A DNA stretch of 64,000 nucleotides, taken from the NCBI RefSeq assembly GCF_009914755.1, contig NC_060927.1; one strand, 5' to 3'. This document shows, in pieces, positions 43,243-56,875 of the stretch; within the stretch, counting starts at the first letter, position 1, and the number at the start of each line of letters is the position of its first letter. Under the pieces are notes generated by a model that saw only the letters and a list, made by a program, of their open reading frames with translations, did not search any database and had not been told where the DNA came from. The position numbers and the translations under genes were made by a program. Source of the DNA: the human T2T-CHM13v2.0 reference genome, Homo sapiens.

Positions 43243-44294
43243 CTAGATAAAATATATTAATAATTTATATACAAGCTAAGAAAATGTAATGGTCTTCCTT
43301 TTTGCTCTGGGGTCTTCCTTCTTTTAAAATGCCAGTATGCTAATAAGGTATATTTGCTGAAAAGTGTGGGTTATTGATGTGGGGTGGCTTCAGGTCATCA
43401 GTGAACACCTCTACATAAATGAGCTTGTATGTTGATGTGCATTTCTCTGGAGGGTGTCCCCAGCTACCCCCCAGATAGGTTCAAGAAGCATTCAGAGTCA
43501 CTGCTTTGAAGTATGTAATTTTAAAACCTTAGAGGGAGGAAGTAAAAATGATAAAAGTTAGCATTTTCTTCTAAAAATTAATAAAATTGTTAGTGTTTTA
43601 CTTTAAATTTTATTAAAGTGTATTTGAATAAAGGACTTCAGGCCCTGTCCCATGCCCCAGCCAGTGGAGGCATGTTACAGTCTTCTGGAGTGGGAAATTT
43701 TTAAGTGGTTCTTACTTTAAGCTTCTAATTTAATTTTAGTATATAGATTTTGTCTTACAACAGTGGTTCAGAACCTTTTTGGGGAAAAGGGTTGGTCAAG
43801 AGTACCTTTAAATATCTCATTTTTAAAAAAAAAAAACCACGGTCCATCTTCCGAGAATAAAATAGTGCATACACATACACATTCTGAATTTTTCTATCTT
43901 GGATTAATGGACACCCCCACCCCAAGCCCATCCTTGGATTTCTAGGTTAAAAACTCTCATAAAACAAACTGCTTTTTTTTTGTATAGGGTACTAATTGGA
44001 CACACAGTGGTGTAGTGGTGGTGGTGTATGAAGATAGCCACCTGAGTTCTGTAGAATTATGTCAGTTTCAGCTGTCCCTAAGAGAATGTGTGAAAGCATG
44101 CCTCAGCCCTGTCCACATCATGATCACAACTTGCCATTCTCCTTCTGCGCTCTTCCTGCCTACCTGACTCTCAGTAACATGGATTTCTCAGTAATACAGT
44201 ACCTGTGGGCAATGAGGTTTGCTTTTTTCAAACCCAAGATGTTCTTTTTCAGTCATTTACAAAGCGTGGCAGGGAACCACACCTTTAAGTGTGC

Positions 44295-44777
44295 AAGACA
44301 GTATTGTTGACTGTGAAAGAATATTATACAGCAGATGTCTAGAACTTGTTCATCTTGCTATAACTGAAACTTTATGCTCATTGATTAGTAACTCCTTATT
44401 TCGCTCTCCCTTCAGCCGCTGGCAGCCACCACTCTAGTTGTTGATTCTGTGAGTTTGATTATAGATCTCATATAAGTGGAATCATGCGGTGTTTAGTCAT
44501 TATGTGACTGGGTTATTTATCTTAGTATAATGTCTTCAAGCTTACCTCATACTTGTTGTAGCATATTGCAGAATTTCCTTCTTTTTAAGGGCTGAATAGT
44601 ATTCCAGTGTATGTATATACTATGTTGTCTTCATCCAGTCACCTGTTGACAGACATTTATATTGTTTCTACATCTTGTCTATTATAAATAATACTTCAGT
44701 GAACATAGGAGTTCTAATAGCTCTTTGAGATTCTGATTTCAGTTATTTTGGATAACTACCCAGAAGTGAGGTTGCCA
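44295..44777 (-). mobile_element. L1MA-type LINE-1 3' end
   Basis: tacagcagatgtctagaacttgttcatcttgctataactgaaacttta...tttggataactacccagaagtg. Confidence 0.8.
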
Positions 44778-45394
44778 AAAGTTTTTTTTCAACTCAAAAT
44801 CTTCAAGGAGCTTGACTGGCATTCTTCCTGTGCCTTTATTGCTAGGTGGAGTGACTTTGAATGGGTCTGCATTTTTCTCACATCTTCCTTTTCAAATGAT
44901 ATATGCTCCCCTTGTCGTCCTTCTTTAAGGGTGTCATTACTCTCCGTGGCATTGGGCTAAGCCTGTCATTGCATTAATAAGTCTTGAGACCCAGCTTGTC
45001 ATGAGATCAGCATAGAACTGGCAGAAAATGCAGCATCCACCAGGCCTGCCCTTTTACAGGATGACTTGACTTTTTTTCATTGTTTTGTCAGTTCTTTTCC
45101 TTTTCCTTGCCTTCACGTTGGTCTGAATCTATTAAGCTTGGTAGGGCTAAACATGCCTGCATGTCCCTACCCTGAGTGTTTCCCAAGTTGCTGCCAGGTC
45201 TCTTCTGTCTTAGACTTAGAACGTTATCTGTTCTCTTCACCGTCAGGGGATTTGCTGCTGTTCATTCCCATTACTCATTCTCTGTTGTCTGTCTCCCATC
45301 CTCACTGCCCCTCCTCACTTCTTCATCTGTCTAATATCCCGTCGAAAGTCCTCTGTGCCTTCCACGCGGAGAGATTTGTGACTCCTGTAGCCTT

Positions 45395-45925
45395 TGTCCA
45401 TTCACTCATTGTAGAACTTTTTATTACGTACATCTGTGAGCACAGGCCTCACTCTTTCTAGGTCGCAGGGAATAAAGGGTTTAGCACAATAACCACGTGT
45501 TCCCTATGCTTGTGGTGCTTACAGTCTAATGAAAGAGATGGAGAGTATTAATCACCAAAATAACTGTAAAATTACCACTGATGAGTTATAAAAAGATGAG
45601 AGGACTACATTATGAAAGCCTGCAAAAATGAAGTTTTTCCAGGGAAGGCTTTCTTGCCATAGGAACATTGGGCTGAAATCAATGTGATGATTTATCTGGG
45701 CTTGAGAGGGATGGGAGAGGTAGGAGAGGTGGAGGAAACAATATGTGTGAAGGCTCTGTGACAGGGGCAGAGCAAATTCCTTAGAACCTTAAAGCCAGCC
45801 AGGTGGCTGAACAGAAAGAGGGAAGAAGAGGTACGCGGGACCAAAGGAGCAGGGAGCAGTAAGCAAGGGTCTTAGAGTGTGCAGGGTTCCGGAGCCTAGT
45901 TATGCAGTCAGTCTTTATCCTGTGA
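45395..45925 (-). mobile_element. L2 LINE fragment
   Basis: cattcactcatt...tgcttacagtctaatg...cagggaaggctttc. Confidence 0.5.
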
Positions 45926-47672
45926 GCCTTGGGCAACCCCTATCGGATTTCTGTTTGGAATGTTCTTCACAGCTCAGTGGAAACCCTACTTAGGCTTCAA
46001 ACTGAGCTGGGAAAATGTATCTGCCTGCTTTCTTCATTTGGCTGTACTGTGCTAGGCACCGGGAACATTCAAGCTGAGGAGAGGTTTATACATCTGCTTG
46101 GAGAGACAGGCAGGTGGACCAGTAATATTATATGTTCATTCGTTCTTTCAACACACGTTGGAGGGCCATTATTTTTATAAACTTTTTGTTTGAAGCATTT
46201 GAGCGTCAGGTACTCTTCTAGATGCTGGTACAACACAAACAAAACAAAGTTCCTGGTCTTTAGGTTACTTTCTTAGGGATATTTTCCATATTAAAGAAAA
46301 TCAAGTAAAAATGTAAAAAGCTAAACACATTTGTCTGTGCCAGGTTAGATTATTTAGGTAGACATAGTTTGCAGTGTGTCTCGTAAGGAGGTGGGTTGTG
46401 TTATTCAACCGAAAATGGTAGTTAGAAGCATAATTCCCTTTTTAAGTCCCTAAAGTTGTACCAACTATGCCAATACATTTGTATTATGTGTAGGGGCATG
46501 CACACACACATTTACAATATTTTGTAATATAAAAGAAGGAAACGTGGGTGAATTCATTTATGTTTATGGATATGTGATTAGGGGCCACTGTAGCTCATGT
46601 AAACTCATCCACTCCTCAGGATTAGCATCTCCTTGCATTTTTACAGACTGAGATCTCAGCAGTATGGAATGGTCAGGTTTAACTTGAGTGATTGGACTCA
46701 ACTGCCAATAAGATTTGCCCAACTCTGACCAGTTCACACTTGTACATTCAACTTTATCTTCTGTTAGCAATAGTATTAGGCTTATTTGTTTTGTTTTGTT
46801 TTAATGCCAGTAACTATGAAATGCGTTTGGACTACAGACACATTTTCTTATACGATTTGCTTCAACCACAGGTGTGTGTATTGGTTGCCTTAAGACAAAC
46901 ACTGCCATAATTTGACTTTTCTTTTTCCTCTGTGTATCCATTTCTTAATTCTGAAATTAGACATTGTCTGAAGACCCAGGGGTGTTGTCCATCCCATTTC
47001 CTTAATTTCCATAGCCAGTGTCTATCTATAGGGATTACTTTGTCTCCCTTCCTGTTCATAGCATTTCTTCTCAGCCTCATCTTCTGTCCAGTGCTCCTTG
47101 GCTGTGGCAGTCTGTCTGCAGAATGCTTTGGGCCACTTTCTATTTTTGCATGGCATTTTCATTGGAATAGAGGGACGCAATTGTGTTTAATTTTTATTCT
47201 GTGGAAGTTACTAAAAGAACACTTTCTGATACATGTTTTATGGAATGATTGTTTCTTCCCTTTACATTAACATTCAAAATTTTAAATGGTCCAAAGAGGG
47301 TTTTTCTAATGGAGTCAATAAGAGCCCCCAAAACCAAATTGCTGTTGTGTCACAAAACATGAGTACTTGTTATATAGCGCTAATGGTTGCTCTTAGTTAC
47401 ATACCAGGTGTCACCGCTCACATATCTTTTTTCTTCTGATGGAAATAACATTTCCAGATTCTTCTGCATTTAGAGCCTAGAACGTATGCTTCTAGTCTAG
47501 CTAGGGAGAAAATAATGGGCTCTTAAGGTTTTTAGCTTATCAAATGCTGAGTAGCCTTTCACTATGCTTATGGTCTAGATTGCTTATTTATTGGGAGTGG
47601 TGTTTTGGGATATAAGGCAGACCAAAAATTATTAATGAGATTCCTCAGTTTCTGTATTTTTTTGGTCCACAG

Positions 47673-47938
47673 ACACATTCCTTAACCCAGCGCAGGGCTG
47701 TCCAGGGTAGAAGAAAACGATTTGATGTGTTATTAGCCGAGCACAAAAACAAAACCAGGGAAAAGGAATTGATTCGCCATCCGGACTCTCAGCAACCACC
47801 GCAGCCTCTCAGGGACCCGCATCCCGCCCCTCCTAGAACGTCACAGGAGCCGCACCAAAACCCTCACGGAGTGATTCCTTCCGAATCAAAGCCTTTTGTA
47901 GCTAGTAAACCTAAACCTCACACCCCCAGTCTTCCAAG
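47673..47938 (+). CDS. ATXN7: Ataxin-7 coding exon (~aa366-454), end of SCA7 domain, RRKR basic motif, Pro-rich segment
   Basis: ggtccacag|ACA CAT TCC ... CTT CCA AG|gtaagc; THSLTQRRAVQGRRKRFDVLLAEHK...PSLPR. Confidence 0.97.
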
Positions 47939-49069
47939 GTAAGCCAGGCCCTCCAACTCTTTCTCCCACCTTCAGAGATGAGACTTGCAGATACTGTAAA
48001 ATTTCAGTATGGTCATGCTGTTGAGAAACATATCTCAGGCTCACTGTGGAGATAGTTTTTTAAGGAGTTTTACTATGAAAAAAAAAAAGGAAAGGTTGAG
48101 TTCAGTAAGTTTCAACCAGGGCTCCTCTTGGTTGTAAATGCAAGCAGCAAAATAAAGCTAGAGTTATCTGCTCTATACTTGCTGAACATCAAGTGTCTCA
48201 ACTCTGTTGAGCAGGCAGAAATTGGGTCCTTCCTGCGGGTTAGTGACAGGAACTCTTCACATGGCTTTGGCAGCAGTTTCCCTTTCATTTGTCTTTATAT
48301 AGCAGTGGGAATTCTTGCTAGGGACAAGCCGTTTAGCCTGAGTTTTTACAGCATCCGTTTATCAATGTGTTTTCATTCATTCATTTGGGGCTTTGGCCCA
48401 AGCATGTATTAGCACTTTAGTAGCAGAGTAAACAGTGGATCAGAGTGTTTTAATGAGAACTTATACACATACCTCAGAGACAGTGATGGTGGAATATGTG
48501 TGTGTTTGTGCTTACATACTGAACCAAGTTGAAGTAAAGACTGTACCTAGTTTCCAGAGGGAAGGGAAAGAGAAAGGCATAGAGAAAGAGGGGCTTCAGT
48601 GTTGGCCGTTCATTTATTGGGAGCAAGAGCTTCTGCTGAGGAATGTGCCAGTCCTCGGCTGCTATTGCTTACCATTTCACCCTCACATGTCTGATCTTTA
48701 AAATGGTTGCATAAAGGTGGAAGCATCTCCCTCGTGGAAACCCAGGTGCCTGTTAGAGCCTGTCCCAACGTGAGCTTTGTGGTTTCTGTGCAGTATGCTG
48801 GAGGAGCCATCAGAGGAGGCTCCTCAGAGTGTGGTCAGGACCTGGCCAGAGATTTCCTCCCCAAGTCCTTTCTTTGGTCATCTTCTCATTGAAGTTTTTG
48901 CATCTAGAAAAATGTAAGCTTAATTCCAGAGACCATTGTAGGTGTAGGAAAAATACATTACTGCCCTTGAGTAAGAGGCTGTAGGCTATCCACATAAAGT
49001 GGTAATACCACCTTATTCTTGTATCACCTCCTGTCTCTCCTAGGTTATCTTAGAGCATTTTGCAAATTA

Positions 49070-49410
49070 CAGTCAGCCCTCTGTATCCATGGGTTTCACA
49101 TCCGTGGTTTACACCAATTGCAGATTGAAACTATTTGGGGAAAGAAAAATTGTGTCGTACTGAACATGTATAGGCTTTTTTTTTTTCTTGTCTCAGTATT
49201 CCCTAAACAATACATTACATAGCATTTACATTGTATTAGGTACTAAAATAATCTAGAGATTATTTAAAGTATACGGGAGGATGCGCATAGGTTATATGCA
49301 AATACTACACCATTTTATATCAGGCCACTTTGTACATTTGTGGATTTGCAGATTTTGCTATCCCCAGGAGGTCCTGGCCTCAATTCCCCATGGATACCGA
49401 GGGACAACTA
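49070..49410. mobile_element. MER2 (Tigger-derived MITE)
   Basis: TA|cagtcagccctctgtatccatggg...cccatggataccgagggacaacta inverted termini. Confidence 0.85.
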
Positions 49411-49789
49411 TGTTTCATTTATTGTGTAGGTAAACCAAATCCAGTTGAAATTTGAAGAGGAATCAAAGAATTCTGTTAAATTCCACATGTATTTCCCCTT
49501 CTTTGGGGGAGAATAGAAGAGGGATCTGAACCACCCAAATGGCAATAGAAAGGATTCGTTCTAAGTTACCTTGATTGTATCTGGCAAACAGCTGAACTTA
49601 ACATCCTGCAGTTCAGGAGAGAGGTTCCTTTACTCCCAAGCTACCTGGATCAGCATCTGTTTTCCCCCAGTGCTAGAGGTGGAACCCAGGCCTCTGCTAG
49701 GTTGTTTTGGACACACTGTTGTATCTCAGTTAAGGTGGCTGATTCCCAGGTGTGTGATCTGATCCGTGCTGCACTTTCTACTCACCAAG

Positions 49790-49988
49790 GCCTCCAGGCT
49801 GCCCTGCTCAGCAAGGTGGGAGTGCCCCCATTGACCCTCCTCCAGTCCATGAATCTCCACACCCTCCCCTGCCTGCCACTGAGCCAGCTTCTCGGTTATC
49901 CAGTGAGGAGGGCGAAGGCGATGACAAAGAAGAGTCTGTTGAAAAACTGGACTGTCATTATTCAGGTCATCATCCTCAGCCAGCATCT
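49790..49988 (+). CDS. ATXN7: Ataxin-7 coding exon (~aa454-520)
   Basis: ctcaccaag|G CCT CCA GGC ... GCA TCT|gtaagt; PPGCPAQQGGSAP...RLSSEEGEGDDKEESVEKLDCHYSGHHPQPAS; frame needs the AAG acceptor. Confidence 0.95.
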
Positions 49989-50351
49989 GTAAGTTCCACG
50001 TCCACCCCCGCGTTGACCCTCCCCACACAGCATGGACAGGGCACTGCAGGGGGGCGCGCCAGGGATCTTGGCATGCCCGTATGTGTGGGACGCGGTCAAG
50101 GTGTGAGAGAAGTTCAAAACAGGGTGCCCCAGAGGCAGCACACACTCTGTACGGGGGACATCTCGTGCTTTTTTCCCTTTCTCTTCCATGACGCTCAGGG
50201 CTAGGCATTGTCACTCTCATGCTTCACAGCCTCCGGTACTCAGAGGCAGTTCTGTCTTTCCTGATTAGCTCCTTTCCTGAAGGATCTAGAACCCTGACTG
50301 GGCATGCCAGTGTGGGAGTCAGCAAGCACGCGGCTATGTTTTCTCTTGCAG

Positions 50352-50473
50352 TTTTGCACATTTGGGAGCCGGCAGATAGGAAGAGGCTATTACGTGTTTG
50401 ACTCCAGGTGGAATCGACTTCGCTGCGCCCTCAACCTCATGGTGGAGAAGCATCTGAATGCACAGCTATGGAA
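50352..50473 (+). CDS. ATXN7: Ataxin-7 coding exon (~aa521-561), conserved ATXN7-family block
   Basis: ctcttgcag|TTT TGC ACA ... TGG AA|gtgagt; FCTFGSRQIGRGYYVFDSRWNRLRCALNLMVEKHLNAQLWK. Confidence 0.97.
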
Positions 50474-52945
50474 GTGAGTGCCTGTTGTTCTTGGGAGAGG
50501 AGCTGACTTTACACAGTGCTGCATTGTCTTTTATTTCCTGTGAGACTGATGTTATGAAGATATGCTTATCTAAACAAAACTGGCCTTTGGCCCTGAGAAG
50601 AAGGTGCCTTGTCATTCATTCATTCATTTACCCCTTTACCCCACAACTACATATTGTTGTGGGTGCTGGCATTCAAAGCAGAAGGACTCCCACATGTATG
50701 GAGCTCACAGTCTAGTTGGGATTGGGTAAGGGGAGAAAAAAACTAGTCTACAGAAGAATAAGGAGATGATAGCTTGTCCTAAGTGACAGAATGGAAACAA
50801 TAACAATCAGCAAGACTTAGTGAGAGCCAACTATACACCAAACAACTTAAATATACTTAACATTCACAATTCTCTGTCAGGTGACCATGATTATACCCTC
50901 CCCCCACCCCTGGTTTTTTTTTTGTTTTGTTTTTTTAATAGATGACAAAACTGAGATACAGTGTCATGCAGCAAGTTAGTGGTAGGGCCAGGAATTGAAC
51001 CTAGAGGTAACATGTTTTCAAGTAAAGAGCTGAAAATACAGAGGCCAGAGGGATTCAGGGAAAGCCTCTCTGAAGAAAGAGGCAGTCCTTGAACTGAGAA
51101 GGATGGATGAGAAACAGCAGTCACTGGGACAGTAGGGAGGAGTGGGTTCTGGGCAGAAGGAAGCAGCTGTGTCAAGGTCTTGAGTCAGAAAAGACAGTTT
51201 GTTGAAGAAATAGCAAGAAATTGAGCACAGTACAAGGATGAGGTCCAAGAAACCAGCAGGGGCCAGGTGACACTGAAATTGTTTCAGTGTTGAAGGTTTT
51301 AGGTAGAGGAGCCATGTGCTCCAGTTTGCAATTTAAGACACCTTGTGTGATATTATGTACCTAATGCTTCCCAAACAGGATTTTAAGTGGAAGAAGAGTT
51401 CCATGGCCAAAAAGGTTTAACTCAGCCTTTCCTGTAAAAAAAAAAAAAGGTTCTGTTTTTTACTGCAGAACTTGTCAGAGCCTTAATGGGCACTGTGCTT
51501 TGTAACTCTTGAAGCAGGGAATGTCACGTCATGTATAATGTGGAACATGTCCCAAGCTCTTTTCACCTCGGAACCTTTTTTAGGGGAACATCTTGGAGAA
51601 CTAGTATTCGGTGGGAGTGACTTTGGTGAATAGTAAGCTTTGCTAAAGTGACTGTCCAGTAATCCCCAGGCCATCCCAGATCCTCTGTTTGGGCATTATT
51701 TACTAGTGCCTCCTTAAATGGACTCTGCCAGTACATTCATTTGACTCCCTGCCTTGGTTTCCTAATAAAGTCAGACGCTAGTCGGAGGCCTTGGATTGTC
51801 TGCAACCCAAAGAACCATCTCCATGATCATTAGCAGGACTTACATCCGTTTCCTTAGAACACCAGATTCAGAGCACTGTTACTCTGCTTTTCTTTTTCAT
51901 ATTTCTTTCTGGTTCTTGCTGGATAAGAGGTTCTTCTTTATGAAGGAACATTGTCCCTGGCTAGACACAGAATCAGGGGACTGGGTTTGGGGGTTCTGCA
52001 GGGGTTTTTCCACACCAGAACTCCCTAAGATACATGAAATCTCAACTTCATATTTCTTCAGACTACCCATTGGGAGTTGGAAAGCACACTGAGCTCATGA
52101 AACTATGGGTTTAATGTACTCCTAAGAGTTTAGAATGGATTTCTGAATGTTTTATCCACATTATGTTGGTATGTGGCTCATGACCAACAGTTTGGGCAAA
52201 GATAGTTTCAGTTCCTAGTGGCTTGTATAGTGAGACTTTCCTCTTGATGTGAACTTTTTAAAAAGTAAGATCATAAGGTCGACTCTGCTGTCTACTCTGT
52301 TCTGTCTGAAGGCTGCCTACTTGCTTCCGGGGAGAAGGAAACCAACCCTTTCCATTAGCATGACCATTGGTTTTTAAAAAGTCTACAGCAACAAGGGACG
52401 TGTTGCTCAGTAATGAGCTGACACATAGGCTTGGGGCAGAGGGGAACTTGGTGCATGTTGCCTCCCAACATAGGAGTGCTGGCGGCCTTTTCAGGCAGCC
52501 CCTGAGATTTTCTCTGGGGAGCTCAGCACTTCTCATCCAGAGAACTATTCTCACCTGGCATCTTTGAAGCCCTCAAGGAAACTTTCAAAGTGATCCAGGT
52601 CCCACCCTACCGGCTCAGCCCAAAATCCTTCCTTACAGGGTTATTGTGGTAAAATTGAAGGTAAGTGAGGTGGGAATTGAGTATGAAATGAGTAAACTTC
52701 AGTTTGTGGAGTCTCAGGCCAGTGGTGAAATTAGACCAGCACTTTCTCTGCAGCATGGCCATAACCTGAAAGGCCACTGCCCACCTTCTATGATTTCTGT
52801 GAACTACTTGTCCTCTGTTGATTTGGGACCAGTATCCCATATTCCCTAAGAAGGGGCTGGGATGGTTTTCAAAGATTTTTGTTGGTGTATTTTTTTTTTT
52901 TTTTTTTTTTTACTTTTTGAAATGGTAATACAATCACTGGGCTTA

Positions 52946-53128
<183 letters not shown>

Positions 53129-53469
53129 CTACATGCTTGTTTTCCACCTAGCCCCCACAGACATTTTTATTATTTTTTATGTATCTCTACATAGTTTATT
53201 TATGCAAACACAAGTCAGTATGAGTACATATTGTTACTTTGCCTCTTTATACACAAAAGAGTAATTAACTACTTAAAAGAGCTTTTCTAAGAGGAACTTG
53301 TGATTGCCTCCCGGAGAGATCCACATCCTTCCCTGCTCTAGAAGGCTTTTCCTTTCCTCGAGATTTGGTTCCAGGCAGCCTGGTCTTTAGGCCCTGGCTT
53401 CCTGAGCCACCTGGTGGTCATGAGAAGCCACTGCTCCCAGTGAGCAGTAGGGCCTGGACTTCATTTAGA

Positions 53470-53800
53470 GCAGGGCTTCTGAATGCTCCAGAATCACCCA
53501 GGGGCCTTGTTGCCATGCAGCTTCTGATGCATCATTCTAGGGTGGGGCCCAGGAACTCAGTTTTCCTAACCAACCTCTCAGGTAATTAATGACACTGCCT
53601 GCCACCCTCCTCTATGAGTAGTGCGGGGAGAGAGAGCCTAGCCTCTCAATCTTGGCTCCACATTAGAATCCCCTGGAAAGATTTAGAAATGACTGATGTC
53701 TGTCCCCACTCCCCGCAGAGACGCTGGTGTAATCGTTATGGATGTGGCTTAAGCTCCACAGGTGACTGTAATGTGCAACAGCTGGAGTTGAGAAGCACTA
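53470..53800. mobile_element. Two adjacent MER5-type fossils
   Basis: cagaatcacccaggggccttgtt...gggtggggcccagg and ctcaatcttggctccacattagaatcccctgg...gttgagaagcact. Confidence 0.6.
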
Positions 53801-53801
53801 A

Positions 53802-54188
<387 letters not shown>

Positions 54189-55118
54189 TAATTCATTTTA
54201 TTAATAACAGTAGTCTTTAAAAGCATCTGGAAATCACCTGGGCAGCAGTCTAGGCCAGCTCTCTCACTGGGGTAGTGGCCAGGTCAGCCAGGGCTACCCC
54301 TTAAGTCAGGATCAAGGCAATCCTGGCACTTGCCTTCCAGTCAGGCCTTTTTGTCTTCTGCCACCTCGGTTTAAATTCTGCCAAAGAAGTTTTTGAAATT
54401 TTGTTACTGTCACATTTAAGATTCAGAGCTAAAATAAAAGGAGACCCTCCCTGGTTTGAATTTAGATGGTTTCCGCATCCCCTAATAAATACCTTGCCCA
54501 CACATTCTTAACAGAATCCATTGTTACAACACCATGCTGAATATCCCTTGATACTGTGGGGCTTTATTCCCTTGTTCAGGCCAATAGTTATGACCTAGCA
54601 GTTGCTGTTAATTAGCTGCACCCTTCCTTTTCTCTCATTCATTCCTGACTTCTCTCGACATTTATTCAGTGCCTTCTGTGTTTCCTGCACTGTGCTGAAC
54701 ACTAGGACCACAACGGTAATTAAGCTGGGGATGACTCTCTCTGCAGAGGATTTGGTGATTAGCAATCCGACACTTAAAGGATGAGCAGAAGCTGGGGTAT
54801 TGGGTCATGGCATTTTCTCAGAATATAAGGAAGTACAGTGGCTGGAAGCAGGGAACGGGGGCGTTGGGGGTGGGAGGTGGAGCTAGAGGCTGGGGCAATA
54901 GCAGCGGGGAGTTGCACACATACAGTTCTGTAAGAACTGTACCAGGAAGGCATTAAAGAATTTGAAGGAGAGAGGTGACAGGATTGGCTTTGTAGTTCAG
55001 AGTGATTGCTTTGATGTGGATGGTTTCTCTTTGTCACAAGCAAAGAGGGTGGTGCCATCTGAAAGTCTCTGTGAATGGCTGTGGTCAGTGTCATTCACTG
55101 TCCTCTAATTTTTTTCAG

Positions 55119-56097
55119 GAAAATCCCACCAGTGCCCAGTACCACCTCACCCATCTCCACACGTATTCCTCACCGGACAAACTCTGTGCCGACATCACAA
55201 TGTGGAGTCAGCTATCTGGCAGCAGCCACCGTCTCTACATCCCCAGTCCTGCTCTCATCTACCTGCATCTCCCCAAATAGCAAATCGGTACCAGCTCATG
55301 GAACCACACTAAATGCACAGCCTGCTGCTTCAGGGGCGATGGATCCTGTGTGCAGTATGCAATCCAGACAAGTGTCCTCTTCATCCTCATCCCCTTCCAC
55401 GCCCTCTGGCCTTTCCTCGGTTCCTTCCTCCCCCATGTCCAGGAAACCTCAGAAATTGAAATCCAGCAAATCTTTGAGGCCCAAGGAGTCTTCTGGTAAC
55501 AGCACTAACTGTCAAAATGCCAGTAGCAGTACCAGTGGCGGCTCAGGAAAGAAACGCAAAAACAGTTCCCCACTGTTGGTTCACTCTTCCTCCTCCTCTT
55601 CCTCCTCCTCCTCTTCTTCTCATTCCATGGAGTCTTTTAGGAAAAACTGTGTGGCTCACTCTGGGCCTCCCTACCCCTCAACGGTAACATCTTCCCATAG
55701 CATCGGCCTCAACTGTGTGACGAATAAAGCAAATGCGGTGAACGTCCGGCATGACCAGTCAGGGAGGGGCCCCCCCACCGGGAGCCCTGCTGAATCCATC
55801 AAGAGGATGAGTGTGATGGTGAACAGCAGTGATTCTACTCTTTCTCTTGGGCCATTCATTCACCAGTCCAATGAACTGCCTGTCAACTCCCACGGCAGTT
55901 TTTCCCACTCACACACTCCTCTAGACAAACTCATAGGAAAGAAAAGAAAGTGCTCACCCAGCTCGAGCAGCATCAACAACAGCAGCAGCAAACCCACAAA
56001 GGTTGCCAAAGTGCCAGCCGTGAACAATGTCCACATGAAACACACAGGCACCATCCCAGGGGCACAAGGACTGATGAACAGTTCCCTCCTTCATCAG
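55119..56097 (+). CDS. ATXN7: Large ataxin-7 coding exon (~aa561-887), Ser-rich low-complexity region with two KKRK NLS-like motifs
   Basis: tttttcag|G AAA ATC CCA ... CAT CAG|gtagga; 979 nt inside the 346-aa ORF 55075..56115. Confidence 0.98.
55585..55620 (+). repeat. Coding (TCC/TCT)12 poly-serine tract
   Basis: 36-nt all-pyrimidine tract encoding S12. Confidence 0.95.
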
Positions 56098-56588
56098 GTA
56101 GGAAATGGACTGTGAGCCCCATGGGAATGCCCATTTCTTCTCCCTTAAGATCTTTTGTCAGCTCAGAAATGTGTTTGGTTGGGTTGGTTGGTTGGTTTGT
56201 AAACAGATATTCAGCTTCATGGTGTCTTCTTAAAAAAAAAAAAAAAAAAAAAAAAGGTTCACGGCCGTATGAAGGTAAAACAGGCTCTTCTGCCAGAATT
56301 TCTGGTGCCTTTGGAAGATGTTCTTCAGTAAAGAAACTACAGTAATGCATTTTTAGTAGAGCTGCAGAAAGCATCGGTTGTGACAGCAAAATCATAATTG
56401 GAGGGTAGCCCCTTTATGAAATAGCCAGTAATGTGTTATCCCAGTGCTGTGAAGTGTGTGCCATTCGAGGCTTTAAGGAAGGAAGCAGGCATTGTTTCCT
56501 GGATAGTGGTTCTTTAGTATGTTCCGCTGAGGAAAGCTGCGCTAAAATCAAACTGATCTAGAAAGGGGTGATTTAAGATTTAAAATGA

Positions 56589-56875
56589 GGCTGGGTGCAG
56601 CGGCTCACGCCTATAATCCCAGCACTTTGGGAAGCTGAAGCAGGTAGATCACTTGAGGTCAGGAGTTCAAGACCAGCCTGGCCAACATGGTAAAACCCCC
56701 GTCTCTACTAAAAATACGAAAATTAGCTGGGTGTGGTGGTGCACGCCTGTAATCCCAGCTACTCAGGAGGTGGAGGCAGGAGAACTGCTTGAACACGGGA
56801 GGCGGAAGTTGCAGTGAGCCAAGATCGCGCCACTGCACTCCATCCGGCCTATGAGACTATGTCTCAAAAAAAAAA
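56589..56875 (+). mobile_element. AluS
   Basis: ggctgggtgcagcggctcacgcc...gtctc-A10. Confidence 0.93.

Noticed and set aside
50020-50045. REST/RE1-like CATGGACAG
   Set aside because: Only the right half-site matches.
39349-50220. Minus-strand ORFs over exons (39349..39747, 41826..42080, 49726..50220)
   Set aside because: Antisense shadows of the ATXN7 coding sequence.
55950-56345. 131-aa ORF with poly-Q and poly-K as a separate gene or as the SCA7 repeat
   Set aside because: Alternative frame of the Ser/Asn-rich exon running into the intronic A24; the pathogenic CAG repeat is upstream of this window.
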